NCBI GenBank assembly: GCA_965214745.1
Contig: OZ243978.1
Coordinates: 2,807,554-2,871,553, forward strand
DNA length: 64,000 bases
From: Dehalococcoidia bacterium
GTDB lineage: Bacteria; Chloroflexota; Dehalococcoidia; Lucifugimonadales; UBA1123
Direction of reading: 5' to 3'
Numbering within the stretch: position 1 is the first letter of the stretch; each line of letters starts with the position of its first letter. Below, in pieces: positions 33,271-42,300 of this stretch. The position numbers were made by a program, and so were the translations under genes. The notes below the pieces were generated by a model. It searched no databases and was not told where the DNA came from. It saw only the letters and a list, made by a program, of their open reading frames with translations.

Positions 33271-34119
33271 CTAGATATCCGTTCGGTGGTCTAGCTCAGC
33301 TCTAAGGCGGCGGTTCTCGGACTCGAGGAATAGCCGACGCTCGCGCTCCGCGTCGTATGCAGTCTCGGCAGCTAGCCGACGCTCACGCTCCGCAATCCTG
33401 CGCTCGTACTCGGCAATCCGCCATTCGCGCTCCGCGTCGTATGCAGTCTCGGCAGCTAGCCGCCGCTCACGCTCCGCAATCCTGCCCCGCCGCTCGTCCC
33501 GGTGCGTCATCAGGTAGAGTCCGCTCTCAGGATCCCGAAAGCGCAACTCCCCATGCTCCCAGCACACATCCAGCCCCAAGACCTTGCTGCGCCCCCAGTA
33601 TATCCCCTCGCCCACCTGAACTATCTCGATGGGACGGTATACACCATCCACCAACTCGTCGCCAGCCAGCCCCGGACGGCGCGCCCACCCTGCATCGGGG
33701 TTCGGCTCGAAGCGCCAGTACTCCCGCGCCCCGTAGTCCTCATAGCCCTTGCGCTTCGCAGTAGCGTCGCGGCGGCGGGTGCTGGGAGACGCCACCTCCA
33801 GAACGAAGTCCGGCGGCTTGCCCCACTCCTCTATCGCGTAGCCGCGCCGGTCGATGATGGCGTCTCGATCCACGTCGAACACTACGAGCAGATCGGGTAT
33901 GAGTATCCCCCGCCTACTCTGGTCATGTCGCCATCCGATAGGGACTTCGCTGAGGATGAGCGTGGTGGGAGAGTCTCCGAAGTGGAGTATCAGCGCGGTC
34001 TGGTGTCCGGGCAGGTGGAGATGTATCGGATTGAGCATATCGCCCCTAGGCGGGAATACTGGGAAGCGCTCGACCTTCGTTGCGGATGGCTGCGACGCGG
34101 CGAGCCTCGTGGTCGTCAT
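33271..34119 (-). CDS. Uma2/DUF820 family endonuclease, array copy 3 (282 aa, longest tail)
   Basis: The 72-aa tail contains an internal near-perfect 84-bp duplication (33343-33400 against 33427-33484). TATAAT at 34163-34158. Confidence 0.8.
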   Translation of the reverse strand: MTTTRLAASQPSATKVERFPVFPPRGDMLNPIHLHLPGHQTALILHFGDSPTTLILSEVPIGWRHDQSRRGILIPDLLVVFDVDRDAIIDRRGYAIEEWGKPPDFVLEVASPSTRRRDATAKRKGYEDYGAREYWRFEPNPDAGWARRPGLAGDELVDGVYRPIEIVQVGEGIYWGRSKVLGLDVCWEHGELRFRDPESGLYLMTHRDERRGRIAERERRLAAETAYDAEREWRIAEYERRIAERERRLAAETAYDAERERRLFLESENRRLRAELDHRTDI

Positions 34120-34150
34120 AGCGAGCCTCCTGAAACGATCTTGCGTGGCT

Positions 34151-34174
34151 TCACAGGATTATACGGGATGTTCG
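34151..34174. repeat. REP-like repeat in the Uma2 spacer (contains the -10 box of copy 3)
   Basis: TCACAGGATTATACGGGATGTTCG. Confidence 0.5.
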
Positions 34175-34252
34175 AGATGGTTGCTTTGCCGGTGCGACGG
34201 CGAGCGGAAAGAAAAATCCCCTTCATACTGCCTATCCATACAACAATCTGCG

Positions 34253-35080
34253 CTAGAGGTCCGTTCGGCGGTCTAGCTCGGCTCTGAGGAGACGGTTCTC
34301 GGCTTCGAGGGCTAGCCGCCGTTCGCGCTCGGCATCGTATGCGGTCTCGGCAGCTAGCCGCCGCTCGCGCTCCGCCAGCCTGCGCTCATACTCGGCAATC
34401 CGCCGCTCGCGTTCCGCGTCGAGGATAGTCTCCGCCGCCAGCCTGCCCAACCGCTCGTCCCGGTGCGTCATCAGGTAGAGTCCGGTTCCAGGATCCCGAA
34501 AGCGCAACTCCCCATGCTCCCAGCACACGTCCAGCCCCAAGACCTTGCTGCGCCCCCAGTATATCCCGTCGCCCACCTGAACTATCTCGACGGGACGGTA
34601 CACACCATCCACCAACTCGTCGCCAGCCAACCCCGGACGGCGCACCCACCCTGCATCGGGATTAGGCTCGAAGCGCCAGTACTCCTGCGCTTCGTAGTCC
34701 TCATATCCCTTGCGCTTCGCGGTCGCGTCGCGGCGGCGGGTACTGGGAGACGCCACCTCCAGAACGAAGTCCGGCGGCTTGCCCCACTCCTCTATCGCGT
34801 AGCCGCGCCGGTCGATGATAGCGTCTCGATCCACGTCGAACACTACGAGCAGATCGGGTATGAGTATCCCCCGCCTGCTCTGGTCATGCCGCCATCCGAT
34901 AGGGACTTCGCTGAGGATGAGCGTGGTGGGAGAATCTCCGAAGTGGAGTATCAACGCGGTCTGGTGTCCGGGCAGGTGGAGATGGATGGGATTGAGCATA
35001 TCGCCCCTGGGCGGGAATACCGGGAACCGCTGGACCTTCGTTTCGGAAGGCTGCTGCGCGGCGAGCCTCGTGGTCGTCAT
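34253..35080 (-). CDS. Uma2/DUF820 family endonuclease, array copy 4 (275 aa)
   Basis: 65-aa tail. An extended -10 TGGTACAAT (35135-35127) follows the fmt stop directly. TAGGAGG SD. Confidence 0.8.
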   Translation of the reverse strand: MTTTRLAAQQPSETKVQRFPVFPPRGDMLNPIHLHLPGHQTALILHFGDSPTTLILSEVPIGWRHDQSRRGILIPDLLVVFDVDRDAIIDRRGYAIEEWGKPPDFVLEVASPSTRRRDATAKRKGYEDYEAQEYWRFEPNPDAGWVRRPGLAGDELVDGVYRPVEIVQVGDGIYWGRSKVLGLDVCWEHGELRFRDPGTGLYLMTHRDERLGRLAAETILDAERERRIAEYERRLAERERRLAAETAYDAERERRLALEAENRLLRAELDRRTDL

Positions 35081-35135
35081 AGAGCGCCTCCTAGCGTGTC
35101 GAGCGACAGTCTGTTCTTAGCTGTCGATTGTACCA

Positions 35136-36098
35136 TCACGCGCCGAGCGTCGCGCCGATGAAATCTCGGTAGCCGCGCGCGAATTCGGCGGCGGCGGCGC
35201 GGCGACGCCCCTCTAGCTGGATTGCTCCAAGCTCCAGCGCGCCCGCGCCCGCGCCGACCACTATGCGCCCGTCGGCGAGCCGCTCCACGGCGCCCGCGCC
35301 GACGCCGGCCGCGTCCACGTCGTCCGCCGTGCGCGCGCTGATTATCTTCAGCGTCCGCCCGTCCCACGCGGTGAAGCTGCCGGGCCACGGCGTGAACGCG
35401 CGAACGCGCCGCTCCAACTCGGACGCGGGCAGCCGCCAGTCTATGCGCCCGTCTTCGCGTTCGAGCCTGCGCGTCGTAGTGGCGAGCGACTCGTCTTGAG
35501 GCTGAGGATGGATTAGCCCAGCCGCCCAGTCGTCCAGCGCGCGAACCAGCAGCGAAGTTCCCATATCGAACAGGCGGATGGTAAGCCGCTCACAGTCCTC
35601 ATCCGGTTCTATGAGAGTCTCCAACTGGGCTAGGATGGGGCCGGTGTCCATGCCCTCGTCCAGCATCATGACGGTAGCCCCGCTCCGCTCGTCTCCCGCT
35701 AGGATGGCGGATGCGACTGGCGACGCTCCGCGATGACGCGGCAAGAGCGAGGGATGTATATTCAGGCAGCCCAACGGCGGAATATCGAGCGCGTCTTTCG
35801 GCAGGAACAGCCCGTAGGCGGCGACGATGATGGCGTCCGGCGCCAGCGCGCCTAGCTGGCGAACGGCGGAGGGGTTGCCGCGCAAGGCTCTGGGCTGGTA
35901 GACAGGCAGCCCGCGCTCGACGGCGAACGCCTTGACAGGCGGAGGGCGCATCCGCCTGCCCCTGCCGGCGCGCGTGTCCGGGCGCGTGAACACGCCCGCC
36001 ACTTCATGCCCGGCGTCTATCAGCGCGTCGAGCGCGGGAATGGCGAACGCAGGCGTCCCCATGAACACGATCCGCAGCCGTTTGCGCGCGCCGCTCAA
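35136..36098 (-). CDS. fmt: Methionyl-tRNA formyltransferase
   Basis: RIVFMGTPAFAIP, HPSLLPRHRGASP. TTG start overlapping the upstream stop (TTGA). Confidence 0.9.
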   Translation of the reverse strand: MSGARKRLRIVFMGTPAFAIPALDALIDAGHEVAGVFTRPDTRAGRGRRMRPPPVKAFAVERGLPVYQPRALRGNPSAVRQLGALAPDAIIVAAYGLFLPKDALDIPPLGCLNIHPSLLPRHRGASPVASAILAGDERSGATVMMLDEGMDTGPILAQLETLIEPDEDCERLTIRLFDMGTSLLVRALDDWAAGLIHPQPQDESLATTTRRLEREDGRIDWRLPASELERRVRAFTPWPGSFTAWDGRTLKIISARTADDVDAAGVGAGAVERLADGRIVVGAGAGALELGAIQLEGRRRAAAAEFARGYRDFIGATLGA

Positions 36099-36607
36099 CA
36101 GCCCGCCCCCGATACAGAGAATCCGCTGAATCGCGCCGCGTCGCCGACCGCGATGCCATGCTCGGCTACCTCGCCAGCGTTGATTTCCAGCACGTAACGC
36201 ACAGGGCTAGACGGCTGATATATACGCAAGTCGGCGGGCGCGACATCGAGCGGCGGCGGGGGGATGTCCGACAGCGTATCTACGACTACGCAGTTCTCGC
36301 CAATCCATACGAAATCCAGCGGGAATCGCATCTCCTTCATCCAGAACGACGCCACATGCTCCGACTCGAACACGAACAGCATCCCCGCGCCATCTGGCAG
36401 GCTTTGGCGTCCCGAAAGCCCGCGTTGACGAGTCTCCGCGCTGTCCGCGATCTCCACGGCGAACGACGCCGCGCCAATCTCGACTCGCGGCGTCGGGATG
36501 GGCGTCGCCGTTGGGAGCGGCGCGGGCGCGGGCGGCGCGATGGCGGCGCAGACGGCGGCGAACAGCGCGATAGCCGTTGCGTATGCGGTTATGATGGTGT
36601 CCGGCAT
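36095..36607 (-). CDS. DUF192 domain protein with N-terminal anchor
   Basis: GLSGRQSLPDGAGMLFVF...FWMKEMRFPLDFVWI is typical of DUF192 (COG1430). Confidence 0.75.
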   Translation of the reverse strand: MPDTIITAYATAIALFAAVCAAIAPPAPAPLPTATPIPTPRVEIGAASFAVEIADSAETRQRGLSGRQSLPDGAGMLFVFESEHVASFWMKEMRFPLDFVWIGENCVVVDTLSDIPPPPLDVAPADLRIYQPSSPVRYVLEINAGEVAEHGIAVGDAARFSGFSVSGAGC

Positions 36608-36619
36608 GCTGGCGTCCGC

Positions 36620-39010
36620 TCAGATCATCTCCGCCCACGTTGCGCCGCTGCCGCCGCGCTCCCGCGGCTCTTGCCCGAAGTCGCCTACCGAGCGATGGCG
36701 GCGCAGACGCTCGCGCACCATGTTTCTGAGCGCGCCCGTGCCGCGCCCATGTATCACGCGCACTTTGGAAAGCCCGTCGCGCATCGCATGATCTAGGAAC
36801 TCTTCCAGCTCGATCTCCGCGTCCGCGGCGCGCCTGCCGCGAATGTCAAGCTCGTCGCTTGCGAGCGCGGGCGCGAGCCGCGCGCTGTACGCTGGCGACG
36901 GGTCAGGGCTTTCGTCCGCACCGTCCGCCGATTCCCGCTCGATGCGCGACAGCCGGTGAAGCTCGACGCTCACGCGGACGCGACCGATGGCGACTTCCAC
37001 CTCCTCGGTGTGACTGTCCATGGACACGATGCGCCCGCTAAGCCCCATGCCGCGCACGAATACGGTGTCGCCGACTGAGAGCGGTCGAGCGGCGAGCGCG
37101 GGCGGTCTGGCGGGCGCCGGCTGGGGAGGCTCGACTGCGGCGAGCCGTTGGCGAACGCGACGAACGCGACGCGCGGCTGCGGACGCGGATTCGGCGGGCG
37201 CTCCCCAATCCAGCGACGCTTCCACGCTATCCAGCTTTCGGCTCGCGTCGCGCGTTCTTCGCGCGATGTCGCGTCGGGCGGCGTCCAGCATATCGTCGCG
37301 GTGGCTGACGATGTACTCCAGCTGCTCTACCAGTTCGCGACGCAGACTCTCAGCCTCCGCCCTGTCGCGCTCCGCGTTCTCGACGCTCGCTTGCAGCCGC
37401 TGCCGCTCGCGCTGAAGCTCGCTCAGCCAGTCCTCGAACAGCAGGTGGCGCGGCTCCATAAGCGAGCGGGCGCGTTCGAGAACGCTCGCGGGAAGCCCCA
37501 GCCGCTCGGCTACCGCCATAGCGTAGCTGCGCCCCGGCGCGCCTATCGTTATCTCATAGGTGGGTTCGAGCGTGTCGGGATCCAGCTCGAAGCTGGCGTT
37601 AGCCATGCGGGGGGATGTCTCCGCGAACGCGGCTACGCTGCGATGGTGGGTGGTTGCGATGGTCGATACGCCCGTGTCCGCGAGATGCGCGAGAATGGAC
37701 TTGGCAAGCGCCGAACCCTCTTCGGGATCGGTGCTTGCGCCAATCTCGTCGAGAAGAACGAGCGAATCGGCTGCGGCGTGTCGCAAAATTCTGACGAGGC
37801 TTCGGATGTGCGAGCCGAACGTGGATACGGATTCGGCTATGCTCTGCTGATCTCCGATGTCCGCGAAGACGCCGTCGAACACGGGGAGCGCGCTTCCCTC
37901 GTCCGCCGCAATCTGCAATCCGCATTGGTGCATGAGCGCGGCTATGCCGACTGTTTTCATGGCGACGGTCTTGCCGCCGGTGTTGGGTCCGGTGATGACG
38001 AGCGCGCGCCAGTCGGGTCCGACGCTGACAGTGAGCGGCACGGCATCGCGCCCAAGCAGCGGGTGGCGGGCGCGGATGAGGCGGAGGCGCTGCCCGCCGC
38101 TGACAGGAACGGGCGCCGAGGCGCCGAGGCTGAGCGCGTACCTCGCTCGGGCGAGCGCGAAATCCACCTTGGCGGTGGTCTCGTTCGCGCCGCGAATATC
38201 TTGCGCCACGCCGCCGACTAGCTCCGACAGATCTCGCAGAACGCGCGCGACCTCGCGCTCCTCCTCCAATGCAAGCTCTCGCCATTCGTTGCACAGCTCT
38301 ACCGTCGAGAACGGCTCGACGAACACGGTGGCGCCTGTGTTGGAAGCGTCGTGGACGATGCCCGCGACGCGGCGGCGGCGCTCGGCTTTGACCGGCACCA
38401 CGAGCCTGTCGGCGCGAACCGATATGACCGGATCCTGAAGCGAGTCGCGCGCGGCGTCCGACTCTATGAAGCGCTGAAGCGAGTCCGTAACCCGCTCGTA
38501 GGCGTCGCGCACCTGGGAGCGGAGCGCGCGCAGCGTAGGCGTCGCGTCGTCGACGACCTCGCCGCGCTGCCCAATCTTGGCGCGAATCTGCCGCTGAAGC
38601 TCGCGCAGATCCGGAACCAGCCCGCCAAGCTCGGCCATGAGCGGAGCTACGTTTGCCGCGCCGGCAAGCGCGCGACGCAGGCGGCGATGCACCTCCAGCG
38701 TGCCGGCTATGGCGAGCAGCTCGCCGCCTGTGAGCGCTCCGCCAAGCTCGGCGCGGGTTACGGATTGCGACGTGTCGGCGTCGGACGAGAGGCTGAGATC
38801 GCCTATCTCGTCCAGCAGAGCGCGCGCGTCAGCGGTCTCGCGCTGAAGCCGCGCCACCTCATGCGGGTCTACCGACGGCGTGATGGAGAGCGCCATCGCG
38901 CGCGCCTCGTAGAAGGTGGCGTGACCCGACAGCCGAGCGCGAATCTCGTCGAAGTCGAGCAGGGCTAGCGACGCTTGCTGAAGCGCGTCGCGCTCGGCGG
39001 CGTCGTCCAT
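36620..39010 (-). CDS. mutS2: Endonuclease MutS2 (MutS domain V ATPase plus C-terminal Smr)
   Basis: Walker A ITGPNTGGKTV, DEIGASTDPEEG, C-terminal Smr (ELDIRGRRAADA...VRVIHGRGTGALR). Likely start at ATG 39010. Confidence 0.9.
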   Translation of the reverse strand: MDDAAERDALQQASLALLDFDEIRARLSGHATFYEARAMALSITPSVDPHEVARLQRETADARALLDEIGDLSLSSDADTSQSVTRAELGGALTGGELLAIAGTLEVHRRLRRALAGAANVAPLMAELGGLVPDLRELQRQIRAKIGQRGEVVDDATPTLRALRSQVRDAYERVTDSLQRFIESDAARDSLQDPVISVRADRLVVPVKAERRRRVAGIVHDASNTGATVFVEPFSTVELCNEWRELALEEEREVARVLRDLSELVGGVAQDIRGANETTAKVDFALARARYALSLGASAPVPVSGGQRLRLIRARHPLLGRDAVPLTVSVGPDWRALVITGPNTGGKTVAMKTVGIAALMHQCGLQIAADEGSALPVFDGVFADIGDQQSIAESVSTFGSHIRSLVRILRHAAADSLVLLDEIGASTDPEEGSALAKSILAHLADTGVSTIATTHHRSVAAFAETSPRMANASFELDPDTLEPTYEITIGAPGRSYAMAVAERLGLPASVLERARSLMEPRHLLFEDWLSELQRERQRLQASVENAERDRAEAESLRRELVEQLEYIVSHRDDMLDAARRDIARRTRDASRKLDSVEASLDWGAPAESASAAARRVRRVRQRLAAVEPPQPAPARPPALAARPLSVGDTVFVRGMGLSGRIVSMDSHTEEVEVAIGRVRVSVELHRLSRIERESADGADESPDPSPAYSARLAPALASDELDIRGRRAADAEIELEEFLDHAMRDGLSKVRVIHGRGTGALRNMVRERLRRHRSVGDFGQEPRERGGSGATWAEMI

Positions 39011-39071
39011 GGGCTGGCGCTGGTCAATCGGGTAGTTCACGGCGTCATTGTAGCAGGCATCGACCCAACGG

Positions 39072-40700
39072 CTAGAACTCCACTGCGCCATCCACCGCGA
39101 GCAGGCGGAGCGCGTCCAGCATGGCGCTTGCCGCCATGCGCCGCTGGTCGGGCGATGGAATGGCGGCTGTCAGGCTGTCGAGTATCCGCAACGTCTCCCT
39201 ACGCCCGTCTATGCCGGCGGCGAGCGCGGCTACGGGTTTGCTCAGGGGCAAGCCGTCGGGACGCTGCGGGCTGACGAGCGCGTCGCTCCACGCGAATTCG
39301 CCATCCGCGAATATGGGCATTCGCTCGACGCGCGCGCCGCGCGCGAGACGCGGGACGGAGCGCAGAACGCGCTCGGCGTCCAGCGCGTTTCGCCTTGCGC
39401 CGCGCTCGGACTCGACAGCGTTTATGGCGGCTATCGTTTCGGGCGGGAGCTCCCCACGCTCCAGAACCGCGCGCTCGTAACCGCGCGGCGGCTGGCCGGC
39501 GACGGCGCGAACGAACGCCGCGCGCGCCGTCTCGTCTTCGGCCGCGCCCAGCAGACGGCGCGCCTCCCAGAAGTACGAGTCCACCGCGCGGTTGCTGGCG
39601 TAGAAGAGCGCGGCAAGCTCGCGGAAGTGGGCGTATTCGGTGCGATATAGACGCTGGTATACGCGGGCGGCGGATTCGCGCATGGATGCGTCGCGCGAGA
39701 CGGCGCGGATGTATGCCGCCGCCATGACCGCGGACATCATCGCTAGATGCACGCCGGACGAGAAGAGCGGATCTACGAAGCAAGCAGCGTCTCCGACGAG
39801 TATCCAACCGTCGCCAGCGGTTCGTTCGGAGGTGTACGACCAATCCTTGACGACGCGCGGCGCGGCTACGGATCGGGCGGCGCACAGCATCCGCCGCGTT
39901 CGGGGGGCGGCGTCCAGCTGTCGGCGGAAGTATCGCGGAACGCTGAGCGCGGCTATATCGTCCCGCCCTCGCTCGGAATCCACAACGACGCCGACGCTCG
40001 CCAGACCGCCGGACAGCGGGATATTCCACACCCAGCCGTTTTCGTAGGATTCGATGAAGATGTTGGTTTCGTCCGGTTCGGGCAGCCGCTCTCCGCCCTC
40101 GAAGTAGCCGTAGACCGCCATGTTGCGGAAGCGGTCGTCCCACCGCCGCAAGCCGAGCGCGCGCCCGACGAGCGCGGATTGTCCGCTGGCGTCGATAACC
40201 CACTCGGCGGCCGCCACGCGCGCGGCGCCGTCGGCGGAGCGGTAGCGGACGCCCGAAACCCGCTCGCCGTCGCGCAAGACGGCGGTGACGGCGCACCGCT
40301 CGCGCACGTCCGCGCCGCTCGATCGCGCGTTGTCCAGCAAGATGGCGTCGAACTCGGCGCGGTGAACCTGATAGGCGTGCGGGTAGGCGCGGTTCGTCTC
40401 CGCGAACCGCCAGCTCCAAGCGTCGGGTTCGCGCCCCCAAAGCATCGTCGCGCCGTACTTCTTGGGGAAGCCGGCGGCTGCCACCCTATCCAGAACGCCA
40501 AGTTCTTCCAGCACCGGCATGGACGCGGGCAAGAGCGATTCGCCCACGTGGTCGCGCGGGAAGCGCTCGCGTTCTAGCAGCGTAACCGAGAAACCGTCTC
40601 GCGCGAGCAGCGCGGCGGCGGTAGAGCCGCCCGGACCGCCGCCGATGACCACGACGTTCGAGCGGGTCACTCCCCTCGCTCGTCCGAAAGCTCTTGCCAT
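39072..40700 (-). CDS. Flavin-dependent halogenase-like FAD oxidoreductase
   Basis: VVVIGGGPGGS FAD fold. GWVWNIP matches the WxWxIP halogenase signature. FVDPLFSSGVHLA. The start is either ATG 40700 or GTG 40670, which overlaps the GH32 stop (GTGA). Confidence 0.65.
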   Translation of the reverse strand: MARAFGRARGVTRSNVVVIGGGPGGSTAAALLARDGFSVTLLERERFPRDHVGESLLPASMPVLEELGVLDRVAAAGFPKKYGATMLWGREPDAWSWRFAETNRAYPHAYQVHRAEFDAILLDNARSSGADVRERCAVTAVLRDGERVSGVRYRSADGAARVAAAEWVIDASGQSALVGRALGLRRWDDRFRNMAVYGYFEGGERLPEPDETNIFIESYENGWVWNIPLSGGLASVGVVVDSERGRDDIAALSVPRYFRRQLDAAPRTRRMLCAARSVAAPRVVKDWSYTSERTAGDGWILVGDAACFVDPLFSSGVHLAMMSAVMAAAYIRAVSRDASMRESAARVYQRLYRTEYAHFRELAALFYASNRAVDSYFWEARRLLGAAEDETARAAFVRAVAGQPPRGYERAVLERGELPPETIAAINAVESERGARRNALDAERVLRSVPRLARGARVERMPIFADGEFAWSDALVSPQRPDGLPLSKPVAALAAGIDGRRETLRILDSLTAAIPSPDQRRMAASAMLDALRLLAVDGAVEF

Positions 40701-42190
40701 ATGGATCGCATCCGCCAGCAGTCCAAAGACAGCAGCCGCGCCGACGATCCGCGCGCGAACAACGATACCGAGCGGCTGTCGGCGCGCTGCGGATAGACGC
40801 GGATGGTGAGGCACTGCCGCCCGTTGGCGAACGCCTCGACAACGCTGCGGTCTATGAACACGCGCAGATCGAGCGGCTCGCCTTCGTCCAGACGCAGAGG
40901 GCCCATCTCGGCGGAGCGCGCCCACACGTCCGAGCGCAGAGACGACTCCGATACGTCTATTTGCAGCGTTCCCGTGTCGAACCTGCGATGCTCGTTCGGG
41001 TAGAACGATACGCGCGTCCGCTCCGCGCCGTCCGGAGAGCGCAAGACGTACAATCCGACCTCGCGCGCCGCCTGCGGGTCTATGCGCGCGCGAATCTCCA
41101 CCGCGTCGCCGCCGATGCCGTCGAGCGCGACCTCGCCGTTCGCTGGAATGTCCATCGCGCCGACGGACGCGCGCTCGGCGCGGAGCGACTCCGTCTCCTC
41201 GACGGGCGACATGAGGAGGGAGTTGTCAGCGTCCAGCCGGTAGTGGCGCGGGAGCGTCATAAGCTCGTCGGTGTCCGCGGCGTCGCGCCCGGTGTGCATG
41301 TTGAAGATGCCGATGTACCGCCCGCGCTCGTCTATGGTGGCGGATGGCGCGTGCAGGCTGCCCACCACCCAAGCGCCATAGTTCATCCTGCCATGCGTTT
41401 CAGGCGTGAAGCGGTGTGTCTGCGAATCGTACTTGCCAATGTAGTATCTCGCGGCGCGCTTGTGGCTGAACAGCAGCAGCATATGGCGACCGTTGCCTAT
41501 GGGCCAAAAGTTAGGCACGGCGGCATCCTCGCCCGGCTCCGCGAAGAAGGCGTCTTCCATCAACGGCCCCAGATACTCCCACTCCGCGAGGTCTTTCGAT
41601 CTGAAAAGATGATCCACGCCAACGCCGTCCACGCCGCGCTCTCCGCCCTTGTACGTGCCGGAAAGCGAGTAGTAGAAGCCATCGTCCTCTTTCCAGATGC
41701 ACGGGTCGAACACGCGATAGCCGCCAGCGTCGTCGAGCGTTCGGTTCGTGCCGGGAATCACGGGGTTGTTGGGATGCTTCCGCCAATCCGTCAGCATATC
41801 GTCGGACGCGGTGGCGATGGCGTTTCCGGACTCCGTCCCGTGATATATGGCTACTACGCGATCTCTCTCGACGAGCGTTTGGCCACTGAAGCAGTCGCGC
41901 TCCACATCCGGGTACAGCGCGACGGGCATATCCCGCCAGTGGATTAGATCGTCGCTGACGGTATGCCCCCAGTGGACGCGATCCACGCCGGCGGGTCTGA
42001 ACTGGTAGAACATGTGATAGCGACCGCGCCACTGGCACAAGCCGTTGGGGTCGTTCATATAGTTTTCCGGCGATGAGAAGTGATAGATCGGGCGGTACGG
42101 GTCCGTCTCCGCCAGCCTCCGCCGAGATTCCGCGAACCGCCGGAGCCAACCGTCTCCGTCTATCGGCAAAGCCGCGCCTGTGGTTGTCAT
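40667..42190 (-). CDS. Glycoside hydrolase family 32 (beta-fructofuranosidase / levanase-like)
   Basis: YRPIYHFSSPENYMNDPNGLCQWRGRYHMFYQ (NDPNG nucleophile motif) and a C-terminal beta-sandwich. Start at ATG 42190 (MTTTGAAL). Confidence 0.85.
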   Translation of the reverse strand: MTTTGAALPIDGDGWLRRFAESRRRLAETDPYRPIYHFSSPENYMNDPNGLCQWRGRYHMFYQFRPAGVDRVHWGHTVSDDLIHWRDMPVALYPDVERDCFSGQTLVERDRVVAIYHGTESGNAIATASDDMLTDWRKHPNNPVIPGTNRTLDDAGGYRVFDPCIWKEDDGFYYSLSGTYKGGERGVDGVGVDHLFRSKDLAEWEYLGPLMEDAFFAEPGEDAAVPNFWPIGNGRHMLLLFSHKRAARYYIGKYDSQTHRFTPETHGRMNYGAWVVGSLHAPSATIDERGRYIGIFNMHTGRDAADTDELMTLPRHYRLDADNSLLMSPVEETESLRAERASVGAMDIPANGEVALDGIGGDAVEIRARIDPQAAREVGLYVLRSPDGAERTRVSFYPNEHRRFDTGTLQIDVSESSLRSDVWARSAEMGPLRLDEGEPLDLRVFIDRSVVEAFANGRQCLTIRVYPQRADSRSVSLFARGSSARLLSLDCWRMRSIWQELSDERGE

Positions 42191-42300
42191 GCAACGCCTC
42201 CCCGCGCCGTTTCGCGCTAGCCGAGTGTATACCACGCGCGCGGCTCTGGTACAGTTGCGGCGCGCAACTCCTCTGCATAGACAAACAGGATGGGCAGGAT

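Larger units (their letters stand above)
31357..35135 (-). repeat. Tandem array of four homologous units of about 0.9-1.0 kb (Uma2 gene plus upstream spacer)
   Basis: Gene bodies and spacers align unit to unit with scattered substitutions. Unit length varies only in the 3' ER-rich coding repeats and in spacer length. Confidence 0.9.

Noticed and set aside
31357-35135. Possible CRISPR array or satellite, given the regular repetition
   Set aside because: The repeat unit is about 0.9-1.0 kb and protein-coding (Uma2 paralogues). There are no short direct repeats with unique spacers. I saw no CRISPR-like array anywhere in the window.
39072-40925. 617-aa version of the halogenase-like ORF with a 75-residue N-terminal extension
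   Set aside because: The extension is Arg-rich and overlaps the 3' end of the GH32 gene. The Rossmann motif VVVIGGGPGG should sit near the N-terminus. ATG 40700 or GTG 40670 (GTGA overlap) are more plausible starts.
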